Shown here: positions 47,376 through 56,213 of the stretch, piece after piece | Layout of the letters: the number at the start of each line of letters is the position of its first letter | Numbering within the stretch: the stretch's first letter is position 1 | Source of the DNA: an uncultured Chitinophagales bacterium | GTDB taxonomy: Bacteria > Bacteroidota > Ignavibacteria > UBA10030 > UBA6906 | Reading direction: 5' to 3' | DNA: 64,000 nucleotides | NCBI GenBank assembly: GCA_964495695.1 | Contig: CAZBWR010000011.1 | Location: forward strand, 1,032-65,031 | Notes under the pieces: generated by a model | Seen by the model: only the letters and a program-made list of their open reading frames with translations | The model's database searches: none | What the model was told of the DNA's origin: nothing | Made by a program: the position numbers and the translations under genes

Positions 47376-47650
47376 GTCTCGCGCTCCCGCTTGTCGGACT
47401 CTTTGCCGAGCCGCATTGCATCACGAATGAACTTGAAAAGGCCACCTGCAGCGCCCAAAAAAGCTCCGCCGATAGTCAGCCACGGCGAAGTGCCGAATTT
47501 TCCGTCCAGCCAGTACCCGATGAAGAAGAAGACCACTACCCCGATCGCCAGCTGCATTCCCATACCGACGAATGGGCCGAAGTCCTTCAGAACTTTGTTC
47601 AGGTCGCCGCGCTTTTTTGAGGATTTCTCCGTTTGAGCAGGCGGCGCCAT
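47372..47650 (-). CDS. atpZ: AtpZ/AtpI-family protein
   Basis: GYWLDGKFGTSPWLTIGGAFLG signature. Confidence 0.88.
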   Translation of the reverse strand: MAPPAQTEKSSKKRGDLNKVLKDFGPFVGMGMQLAIGVVVFFFIGYWLDGKFGTSPWLTIGGAFLGAAGGLFKFIRDAMRLGKESDKRERET

Positions 47651-47654
47651 TGTG

Positions 47655-48020
47655 CTACTCCTTCTTGCCGGCAGTCGACCCGGTGCCCTGCTTCATGTCG
47701 CACCTGCCGTCGAATACAGCGCCTTCATCGACGACGAGCCGCGTCGCCTTGATGTCGCCGTGCAGCACGGACTTCGCCTCAAGGACGAGCTTCTCGGAGG
47801 CGTGCACTGTTCCGCTGATCTTTCCGGCTACTGTAACGTTCCGCGCCGATATATTGCCCTCGATGACGCCGCTGAGGCCGATGGCCGCATTCGCCTTGGC
47901 GTTCACTTCGCCAACGAACTTCCCGTCAATGCGAATGTTTCCCTCGGTTTTGATCTTTCCTTCGAATACGGTGTTTGCTGCGACGAGCGTAAGCTCGCCT
48001 GATTGTTGTTTATCTGCCAC
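47655..48020 (-). CDS. Bactofilin (polymer-forming cytoskeletal protein)
   Basis: FEGKI..EGNIRIDG.F.G...VTVAG.I.G...GDI....L.VDEGAVFDG beta-helix repeats. Confidence 0.93.
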   Translation of the reverse strand: MADKQQSGELTLVAANTVFEGKIKTEGNIRIDGKFVGEVNAKANAAIGLSGVIEGNISARNVTVAGKISGTVHASEKLVLEAKSVLHGDIKATRLVVDEGAVFDGRCDMKQGTGSTAGKKE

Positions 48021-48063
48021 TGTATTGTCCTTTCATCGTTCCCTTCCATCCACCCCTTCATGA

Positions 48064-48927
48064 TTACAAACTCGTTTTCAGATTCAGTAATAGCGGCACA
48101 GGGTTCTGTGGCACGCCATCTCTCAACACTTCAAAATGCAGATGGGGCCCCGTGCTTGTCCGGCCCGTGCTTCCTACGAGGGCAATCGGCTCTCCCCTTT
48201 GCACGCTTGCGCCGGTGTTTTTAAGTAGTGCCGAGTTGTGCTTATACGCCGTTACGATCCCGCTGCCATGCGAGAGGATGATCGTATTTCCTTCGTCATA
48301 TGTCCATCCCGCAAACACAACATAACCGTCCGCGGCCGCGCTCACGGAGCTACCAACTGGTGCGGCGAAGTCCACCCCATAGTGTGCCGCATCCGGCTCA
48401 AATCCCCGGGAAACAGCTGCGCTCACCGGCGAAAAGAGAGGTAGGGCAAACCGCAACCCGGAAAAATTCGTGACCGGTTGCAATGGTGCTGACGTCGTTA
48501 CGGCTTCCTCGCGGACACTCTGCTGAGGGGCTGGTTCTTCTGCGCGCAGTTGTCGCTGTGGTGGAGCCTGCTGCGATGCGTTTATACTCGTGTTCTCGCC
48601 CAGTGCCTTGCGCAATGTCGCGTTATAGTCTTTCAGGATCTCGAGTTCATCCGCAAGGGCCGCGATACGGCGTTCGGTCTCGGCTTCAGTTTTCCGCCGG
48701 GCTTCCATCTGTTCAGGATCAAGCCCGACAAGCCGGCCGAATGGTGTATAGCGAAACGCCATGAGATATAGCAGGAAGAAAACCGCGGCTAGAGCTCCTC
48801 CAGCAAGACCCAGCTTCAGAAAGCTCCCCTTGAAGCTGCGGGTGGTTCCACCATCTCCCTGAGGGATGATGAGGACTTCGTACTGCTTGGACTTTTTCCT
48901 CCTTCGGTTCCCCACGGGAGACTTCAC
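48064..48927 (-). CDS. M23 (LytM) peptidase with N-terminal TM helix and coiled coil
   Basis: HYGVD (HxxxD), YKHN, STGPHLHFE. Confidence 0.93.
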   Translation of the reverse strand: MKSPVGNRRRKKSKQYEVLIIPQGDGGTTRSFKGSFLKLGLAGGALAAVFFLLYLMAFRYTPFGRLVGLDPEQMEARRKTEAETERRIAALADELEILKDYNATLRKALGENTSINASQQAPPQRQLRAEEPAPQQSVREEAVTTSAPLQPVTNFSGLRFALPLFSPVSAAVSRGFEPDAAHYGVDFAAPVGSSVSAAADGYVVFAGWTYDEGNTIILSHGSGIVTAYKHNSALLKNTGASVQRGEPIALVGSTGRTSTGPHLHFEVLRDGVPQNPVPLLLNLKTSL

Positions 48928-48953
48928 CTCATCTGCAGAAAAATTGGCTGAAA

Positions 48954-48982
48954 AATATAGTGAAAAGCGATTGGAATGTCAA
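48954..48982 (-). promoter_or_regulatory. Near-consensus sigma70 promoter upstream of the M23-bactofilin-atp genes
   Basis: Minus strand TTGACA-N17-TATATT. Confidence 0.8.
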
Positions 48983-49002
48983 CGAAGAATTCCCCTAAGA
49001 TA

Positions 49003-50178
49003 TTATTTCCCCGCAAGTTGGGGGGATGTGCGGAATGTTTCCCAGCGGCTATTGATATATTCAGCCATCGCCGTTTTGTATCGCTCTTTATCGAACTTGA
49101 GTGCGTGATCGCGGAGTTTTGCGTGATCGAAATCCAATGTCTCAAACCGCCGCAATGCTTCCAAAAGTGATTCCACGGACTGTTCCTGGAACAGGACACC
49201 ACTCCTGAAATCATTCGTCTCAATTACTGTTTCGAGCGCTCCCCCCTTTCCATAGGCAATGACCGGCTTTCCCGATGCCATAGCCTCGACGGGGACAATT
49301 CCGAAGTCTTCCTCACCCGGAAAAATAAGCGCGCGGCACCCGCCATAAGCTTCCTTGAGCACATCATCGGGCTGCCAGCCGAGGAATTCGATGTTGTGAC
49401 CCGCTATTCTCCGGAGACGGACACCTTCGGGCCCGTCCCCGATGATACGAAGTGCTTGTCCGGTTCTGTTGAATGCCTCAATCGCAATGTCCAGACGCTT
49501 GTAGGGAACAAACGCGCTGACGATCAGAAAGTATCCGTTGTTCCTTGTCGACGGTGTGAAGAGGGAGCAATCAACCGGTGGATAGATCACGTCGGACTCG
49601 CGTCCGTAGATCGAGCGGATACGCTTGCGGACGTTCTGTGAGTTGGCAATGAAGTGATGGGGATTGCGTGCAGTTCTGATATCCCACCGTCTCAGATAAT
49701 TGACAAAAATCCTCATTGCCGAACGGGTGAGAAACCCTGCCTTATCCTTTCCGAAATATTCGTCGTACAAATTCCAGATGTACCGCATCGGGGTATGACA
49801 GTAGCAGATATGCAGCGTTTGCGGACTTGTCCTCACTCCTTTTGCGACTGCGTGATGGGACGTGATGACTATGTCATACTCGCGGAGGCCAAGCGTCCGG
49901 ACTGCGGTTGGAAACAGCGGGAGATAGTTTCTATACCGTGTTGCGGAGAAGGGGAGATGCTGGATGAAGGAAGTGGTGATGGGCATACGTTCGATCGTCG
50001 GCGACACGGAGCCCGGCACATGAACAAGTGCGAAAAGATGGGCATCCGGAAACACTTCACATAGCGCCTCGACACACTTCTCCCCTCCGCGCATACTTGC
50101 GAACCATTCATGCACGATTGCAATGCGGGGTCTTTTCTGTCGGTCGGAGTTCATGTGCGGAGAATATAACCACAACAC
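49003..50178 (-). CDS. GT4 family glycosyltransferase
   Basis: RGGEK, YCHTPMRYIW, YKRLD, EEDFGIVPVEAMASG. Confidence 0.93.
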   Translation of the reverse strand: MLWLYSPHMNSDRQKRPRIAIVHEWFASMRGGEKCVEALCEVFPDAHLFALVHVPGSVSPTIERMPITTSFIQHLPFSATRYRNYLPLFPTAVRTLGLREYDIVITSHHAVAKGVRTSPQTLHICYCHTPMRYIWNLYDEYFGKDKAGFLTRSAMRIFVNYLRRWDIRTARNPHHFIANSQNVRKRIRSIYGRESDVIYPPVDCSLFTPSTRNNGYFLIVSAFVPYKRLDIAIEAFNRTGQALRIIGDGPEGVRLRRIAGHNIEFLGWQPDDVLKEAYGGCRALIFPGEEDFGIVPVEAMASGKPVIAYGKGGALETVIETNDFRSGVLFQEQSVESLLEALRRFETLDFDHAKLRDHALKFDKERYKTAMAEYINSRWETFRTSPQLAGK

Positions 50179-50282
50179 AAAGTAGATACAACGACGCCCG
50201 ACTGCTCCGGTTTGCTTCCCTATGCCCCGCTACCTATATTTATCAACCATTTTCATCTGTTCAACGAAAGTCCTGTGCCGGC

Positions 50283-51188
50283 GTGAATCTTCTGCTCGTC
50301 CTCATACTTGTGGTGGTGGTGTTCATGGTGCTTGTGTCGCTTGTGTTGCTTGTGATCGGGCCGGTGATGCTGTTGCAGCCCAAGCGCCGCACGCTGGACT
50401 GGTACAGGGAGAGGACGTCCATTCTTTCACCGGGCGACCTCCACCTTCCCGCCGAAAATTTTCTTCTCAACACGAAAGAAGGTTTCGCCCTCAGCGGCTG
50501 GCTCATTCCGGCCCGGAACGCCCGGGGCACGGTCATTATTCTCCACGGTGTGAGTGAATCGAAAATTGTCGGCCTTCCGATGGCAAAGGAACTTCACGAA
50601 CGGGGCTATAACGTCTGCATGTACGACTCCCGCTGTCACGGTGAAAGCGGCGGCAAGCTCTGCACTTACGGCTACCATGAACGGCATGATACTGTAATGG
50701 TGATGGAGTTTCTGCTGTCGCGCAAGGACTTGCACGTCGGAAAGATCGGTCTGTTCGGCTGGTCAATGGGGGCGGCCGTGGCGATTCAGGTTGCGGCAAT
50801 CGACACGCGTGTGGCTGCCGTCGTTGCCGAAAGCAGCTTTGCTTCGCTCCGTACAGTTTTTGACGATTATCAGAGGCGGATGATCAAACTGCCGTGGCAT
50901 TATCTCCGGAACATCGTCATCAAGCGGTCGGAGTATCTGGCAAAATTCAAAGCAAACGACGTAGCCCCTGCCGAATCCGTCAAGAGTGTTCATGTTCCGA
51001 TTTTTCTGTTACACGGAACGGAAGACAATCTTGTCAAGTACAGCTATTCTGAAAAAGTCTTCGCTTCGGCGAACGAACCCAAGGAACTCTGGCTCATTCC
51101 CGGCGCCCGCCATCACGATATGATGGAAGTCGGGGGAGAAGAGTATACGCGGCGCATCACCGAGTTTTTCGACAAGTATCTACGCTGA
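50283..51188 (+). CDS. Membrane-anchored alpha/beta hydrolase
   Basis: N-terminal TM helix, LHG, GWSMG nucleophile elbow, HGTED, GARH. Start assigned to GTG 50283. Confidence 0.9.
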   Translation: MNLLLVLILVVVVFMVLVSLVLLVIGPVMLLQPKRRTLDWYRERTSILSPGDLHLPAENFLLNTKEGFALSGWLIPARNARGTVIILHGVSESKIVGLPMAKELHERGYNVCMYDSRCHGESGGKLCTYGYHERHDTVMVMEFLLSRKDLHVGKIGLFGWSMGAAVAIQVAAIDTRVAAVVAESSFASLRTVFDDYQRRMIKLPWHYLRNIVIKRSEYLAKFKANDVAPAESVKSVHVPIFLLHGTEDNLVKYSYSEKVFASANEPKELWLIPGARHHDMMEVGGEEYTRRITEFFDKYLR

Positions 51189-51205
51189 TTCAACCCGGCG
51201 GCACC

Positions 51206-53662
51206 ATGAACGTTATGAAATTCGGCGGATCGTCAGTTGCGACGCCTGAACGCATCAAAGCTGTTGCGCGTATCGTGCGTGCAAAAACTGAATCCGGGCG
51301 AGTGATTGTCGTTCTCTCGGCCTTTCAGGGAGTGACCAACCAGTTGCTCGAATGTGCCCGCCTTGCAGAGCAGGGGGGCGATGCGTGCGACAAGCTCTAC
51401 GCTGAGATCGCAGCGCGTCACCGTGACGCACTCGATACACTTCTCGGCAAAAGACAAGGAGGATCTGTCCGCGCTGCTGTGGAGGGACTGTTGAGTGAAC
51501 TTCAGGAAGTATTGCACGGAATTCGTTTGCTTCGCTACTCGCCGCCGCGCGCAATGGACCTTGTCGCAAGTTTCGGTGAGCGGCTCTCGGCTCTTATAGT
51601 TGCCGCATATCTTGATAAACATACTCCCGCCGTTTTCGTCGACTCCCGCCAGTGTATTGTCACGGATGATCATTTCATGAATGCCGGAGTCAATTTTGAA
51701 CTGACCAATTCCCGCATAGCGTCGTACTTCAGCGAATTCTACCGCAAGCACTCCAGGAAGACGATAGCTGTTGTTACAGGCTTTCTGGGCGCAACCGAAG
51801 AGGGTCTGACGACAACCATCGGGAGGAACGGCTCGGATTATTCGGCGGCGATCATCGGAGGGGCGCTGCAAGCGGATGTGATTGAAATCTGGACGGATGT
51901 TGACGGCGTTCTGAGTGCCGATCCTCGCGTCGTCCAGTCGGCATTCGTTCTCCCGCAACTTTCTTATGAAGAGGCAATGGAGATGTCCTTCTTCGGCGCA
52001 AGTGTTCTGCACTCGGCGACGATTGCCCCGGCGGTAGCGAAACAAATTCCCATTCTCATCAAGAACACGTTGAACCCCGACACGCCGGGAACACTCATCT
52101 CGAAGGAAATCGACATGCGGTTCGGGGCCGCGAAGGGCATTACATCCGTCGAGAACATCACGCTTCTGACCTTGCGAGGAATGAGCATGGTCGGTGTGCC
52201 CGGGACGGCGGAACGGCTTTTCGGTGCGCTCGCCGCTGCATCGGTGAACGTCATCCTCATCTCGCAGGCTTCTTCCGAACATACGATCTGTTTTGCGGTA
52301 CGGAGCGAAGATGCACCCCGGGCCCGCAAAGCCATTGCCCGCGAGTTCCGTTATGAATTGCAGTCGAAGCTCACAGCACTCGATGAGCGTTCCGCTCAAA
52401 CGATTGTCGCAGTTGTCGGTGAGGGGATGCGCGGTACCCCCGGTATTGCAGGTACCGTGTTCGAGACATTGGGACGCCACTCGGTAAACGTCAGCGCGAT
52501 CGCGCAAGGGGCATCCGAACGGAACATCTCATTCGTGATTGATTCGGATCAAAAGCCGCTTGCCCTGAACGTTATTCATAATGAGTTCTTTTTCCCGGGA
52601 ACAATGGTCTCGCTCGTGCTTGTCGGTCCGGGGAATGTCGGAGCAGAAGTGTTAAACCAGATCCGTCTGCAACAGGATGAGCTGCGTGCACGAGGATGTA
52701 CACTCCGGGTCATTGCCATCGCCAATAGCCGGCAGGCGATCATCAACGCGGCTGGAATCCGTCTTGAGGATTGGCAGCCAATGCTTGCTTCGGCACGGAC
52801 GAGAATGATGCCGGCCGAGCTTGCGTCCGCGTTACGCGGGTTGCATGTCTCCAATCCCGTGTTGCTTGATTGCACGGCAAGCCCCACAGTTGTGGACGCG
52901 TACGCAGCCTTCATTGCGGCAGGATGTCACATCGTCACCCCGAACAAACTTGCCAACGTGCTTCCGGCGAAGCGTCATGCAGAACTGCTGAAGATGTTCT
53001 CACAGCACAACAAGCTTTTTTACTATGAGGCGAACGTTGGTGCGGGACTACCGGTCATCTCCACGCTGAAAGATTTAGTGGGGACAGGCGACAAGGTGCA
53101 TTCAATCGAAGGACTGCTTTCCGGGACACTCAGTTTCTTGTTCAACTCGTTTGACGGCACGAAGCCGTTCAGCGAGCTTGTCCGGGATGCGCAAGAGGCG
53201 GGTTTTACGGAGCCCGACCCGCGCGAAGATCTGGGTGGAAAAGACGCCGCGCGAAAACTGCTGATTCTCGCACGCACGATCGGTCAGGAAATGGAACTCA
53301 GGGATGTCCGTGTTGAGAGCCTTGTTCCGGTCCCGTTGCGCAAAGGGAAATTTACAAACCGGTTCTATGATGCGTATGCCAGGCATGACGCTGCAATGCT
53401 GAATCGGCTTGAACGTGCAAGGAAGAACGGACGAGTCCTCCGGTACGTTGCCGCCCTGCGTGGATCTGTCGCATCCGCGCGTGTTGAAGAACTTCCGCCT
53501 GACCATCCATTTGCACAGGTGAAGGGGAGTGAAAGCGTGCTGATGTTTTCAACTGCACGCTACGGAAACCAGCCGCTCATCATCAAGGGTCGCGGTGCCG
53601 GGGCCGAAGTGACTGCGATGGGAGTGTTTGCCGATCTTCTCAGATTGATCGAGCGTCTGTGA
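51206..53662 (+). CDS. thrA: Bifunctional aspartokinase/homoserine dehydrogenase I
   Basis: MKFGGSSV, GRNGSDYSA, two ACT domains, GPGNVG, YEANVGAGLP, EPDPREDL. Confidence 0.97.
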   Translation: MNVMKFGGSSVATPERIKAVARIVRAKTESGRVIVVLSAFQGVTNQLLECARLAEQGGDACDKLYAEIAARHRDALDTLLGKRQGGSVRAAVEGLLSELQEVLHGIRLLRYSPPRAMDLVASFGERLSALIVAAYLDKHTPAVFVDSRQCIVTDDHFMNAGVNFELTNSRIASYFSEFYRKHSRKTIAVVTGFLGATEEGLTTTIGRNGSDYSAAIIGGALQADVIEIWTDVDGVLSADPRVVQSAFVLPQLSYEEAMEMSFFGASVLHSATIAPAVAKQIPILIKNTLNPDTPGTLISKEIDMRFGAAKGITSVENITLLTLRGMSMVGVPGTAERLFGALAAASVNVILISQASSEHTICFAVRSEDAPRARKAIAREFRYELQSKLTALDERSAQTIVAVVGEGMRGTPGIAGTVFETLGRHSVNVSAIAQGASERNISFVIDSDQKPLALNVIHNEFFFPGTMVSLVLVGPGNVGAEVLNQIRLQQDELRARGCTLRVIAIANSRQAIINAAGIRLEDWQPMLASARTRMMPAELASALRGLHVSNPVLLDCTASPTVVDAYAAFIAAGCHIVTPNKLANVLPAKRHAELLKMFSQHNKLFYYEANVGAGLPVISTLKDLVGTGDKVHSIEGLLSGTLSFLFNSFDGTKPFSELVRDAQEAGFTEPDPREDLGGKDAARKLLILARTIGQEMELRDVRVESLVPVPLRKGKFTNRFYDAYARHDAAMLNRLERARKNGRVLRYVAALRGSVASARVEELPPDHPFAQVKGSESVLMFSTARYGNQPLIIKGRGAGAEVTAMGVFADLLRLIERL

Positions 53663-53913
53663 ACAATTCCCGCTTCTTAGAAACTGATCCAGGTATCACA
53701 GCATCAGAGGACCTTCCTTGGCGCGTGACGGAGATTGCTGTACAACTCCGATGGAGTTCGCGAAGGCAGGTTGTGGTTACTCAATAAACGATTCTTGAGT
53801 GGTACCTTAGTCCATTCGCAACCCTTGACCCTCCACACGCCGTTTCGTAGCTTGTCATCGAAGGAAGCCTCTTTGTCGCGGAAGTAACCCGGCGAGGCGA
53901 CATTACTCATCAA

Positions 53914-54861
53914 GTGAAATTCGAAGTGCAGCCCAAATCAGTTAAAGTCTTTGCTCCCGCCACCATCGGTAATGCCGGTTCGGGTTTCGACGTACTGGGC
54001 GTGGCGCTGGAAAAGCCCGGCGATGTTGTGATTGCCCGACGCACCCGTGAGCCGGGATTGCAATTCTCCCTTGTAAACAAAGGTGGGCAGACTGATCTGC
54101 CCGCCGACGGCAGGAATCTCGCCGCACACGTTGCTCAACTGATGATGCATGAACTGAAGCCGAAGTTCGGTATTGCACTTACACTCTACAAACACATGCC
54201 TGTCGGTTCGGGCCTCGGCAGCTCTGCTGCGAGCAGTGTCGCTGCCGCAGTGGCTGTGAACGCTCTTCTCACAAAACCGCGACGGCGACGGGATCTGCTG
54301 CGCTACGCGCTTGAAGGGGAACGTCTTGCCACCGGCTCTGCACATGCAGACAACGTTGCCCCGTGTCTCCTCGGGGGGGTACAGCTTGTTCGAAGCTACG
54401 AACCATTGGAGGTTGTGCCGTTGACCGTCGCGAGCACCATCTGGTGGGTTGTGGTGCACCCCCACCTCGTTGTGCACACGGAGGAGGCGAGGAGCGTGTT
54501 ACCGAAGGACGTCCCGCTGCAAACGGCAATTGCGCAATGGGGGAATGTTGCCGGCCTTGTAGCAGGCCTCGCGCGCGGCGACGCTGCTCTGGTCGGCCGC
54601 TGCACCGAGGATGTAATCGCAGAGCCGTATCGCGCCCGACTTGTAAAGGGATTTGCCGAAGCGCAGCAGGCGGCACTGGATGCCGGTGCGTACGGGTGTA
54701 CGTTGTCGGGCTCGGGACCTTCAGTGTTTGCGGTGACTGATTCGGCGAGGGCAGGACGGGAAATCGGCAATGTCGTCGCGGCGGCGTTCCGGCGGACGGC
54801 CGGTGTCAAGAGTGACATCATCGTCTCCCGCACTAACATGCATGGCGCAGTTGTACAATGA
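53914..54861 (+). CDS. thrB: Homoserine kinase
   Basis: PATIGNAGSGFD, PVGSGLGSSAAS, HADNVAP, SGSGPS. GTG start. Confidence 0.97.
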   Translation: MKFEVQPKSVKVFAPATIGNAGSGFDVLGVALEKPGDVVIARRTREPGLQFSLVNKGGQTDLPADGRNLAAHVAQLMMHELKPKFGIALTLYKHMPVGSGLGSSAASSVAAAVAVNALLTKPRRRRDLLRYALEGERLATGSAHADNVAPCLLGGVQLVRSYEPLEVVPLTVASTIWWVVVHPHLVVHTEEARSVLPKDVPLQTAIAQWGNVAGLVAGLARGDAALVGRCTEDVIAEPYRARLVKGFAEAQQAALDAGAYGCTLSGSGPSVFAVTDSARAGREIGNVVAAAFRRTAGVKSDIIVSRTNMHGAVVQ

Positions 54862-54895
54862 ATTTTTCCCTCCCGATCATCACGCCCGGCAATCC

Positions 54896-56200
54896 ATGAG
54901 GTTTATCTCGACAAACAGGCAGGCTCCTGCCGTCGGATTTCGTGACGCGCTCGTTTCAGGACTTGCTCCGGACGGGGGACTTTATGTTCCGGAGGCACTC
55001 CCGGCGCTTTCTGAGAGCTTCATTGATTCCCACGCAAACGGCACGCTCCACACAATCGGAACTGAAATCCTCTCACATTTCATTGAAGATATTCCTCCGG
55101 TCGCTCTGCACGAGTTGGTGCAGCGGGCATGGGACTTTCCCATCCCGGTCGCCAGACTGGATGAGGGGATCTCGTTGCTTGAGCTCTTTCACGGACCCAC
55201 ACTTGCTTTCAAGGATGTCGGCGCGCGGTTCATGGCGCAAGCGATGTCGTATTATCTTGCGGGTGAAGAGCGTGAGCTCACAATCCTCGTTGCAACGTCC
55301 GGCGACACGGGAAGCGCTGTTGCACATGGCTTCTTCAATGTTCCGCATATAAACGTCTTTGTTCTATACCCTTCGGGAAAAATCAGTCCCTTGCAAGAGC
55401 AACAAATGACAACGCTCGGAGGAAACATCGCTGCCGTTGAAATTGAAGGAACATTTGATGATTGCCAGCGACTCGTGAAGACTCTGCTCAATGATTCAGA
55501 CCTTCAGGCAAGGCGTCCGCTAACAACGGCAAATTCCATCAATCCCGGCAGGTTGCTTCCACAGATTGTGTACTATGCATGGGGATTGGTGCAGATGCAT
55601 AATGAGAGAAAAACAGTTACGCCGCCGCTGGTTGTTGTGCCGAGTGGAAATTTTGGCAACCTGACCGCTGCTGCGTATGGGAGAAGCATGGGGCTCCCGA
55701 TCAAGGGTTTTGTGGCGGCCACCAACGCCAATGACGGCGTGTTGCAGTATCTTCATGACGGCAAGTTTCACCCGCGCCCGGGCATCCACACGTACTCCAA
55801 TGCGATGGATGTGGGTAACCCGAGCAATCTGACAAGACTTCAGGCATTGTATAAGAATGACTTGAAGACTATCAGGGAGAACATCGACGCCGTGAGTATT
55901 TCAGATGAAGAGACGCTCCGATCGATTGCAGAGACGTTTGAAGCGAGCAGTTATATTGCAGACCCCCACACGGCGGTCGGCATTGCCGCGGCGCGCAAAG
56001 CACAGGCATGGACGACAATGCCGCCGCCAGTCATTGTCGCCGCAACTGCGCATCCCGCAAAGTTTCCGGATGTCGTGAAACGTGCCATCGATATCGATGT
56101 ACCTCTCCCGCCGGCACTGGCAGAGGCTGCCGGGCGTCCGAAGCACGCCATCAAGATCAAGGGAACTTACAGTGAGATGAAAGAAATTCTTTTGAGTTGA
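54896..56200 (+). CDS. thrC: Threonine synthase
   Basis: GLAPDGGLY, ELFHGPTLAFKD, ATSGDTG, NSINPGR, PSGNFGN. Confidence 0.98.
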   Translation: MRFISTNRQAPAVGFRDALVSGLAPDGGLYVPEALPALSESFIDSHANGTLHTIGTEILSHFIEDIPPVALHELVQRAWDFPIPVARLDEGISLLELFHGPTLAFKDVGARFMAQAMSYYLAGEERELTILVATSGDTGSAVAHGFFNVPHINVFVLYPSGKISPLQEQQMTTLGGNIAAVEIEGTFDDCQRLVKTLLNDSDLQARRPLTTANSINPGRLLPQIVYYAWGLVQMHNERKTVTPPLVVVPSGNFGNLTAAAYGRSMGLPIKGFVAATNANDGVLQYLHDGKFHPRPGIHTYSNAMDVGNPSNLTRLQALYKNDLKTIRENIDAVSISDEETLRSIAETFEASSYIADPHTAVGIAAARKAQAWTTMPPPVIVAATAHPAKFPDVVKRAIDIDVPLPPALAEAAGRPKHAIKIKGTYSEMKEILLS

Positions 56201-56213
56201 TGATTTATTGAAG

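Noticed and set aside
42217-47650. Absence of atpD/atpC from the atp operon
   Set aside because: A split atp operon is established in Chlorobi-related lineages; not novel.
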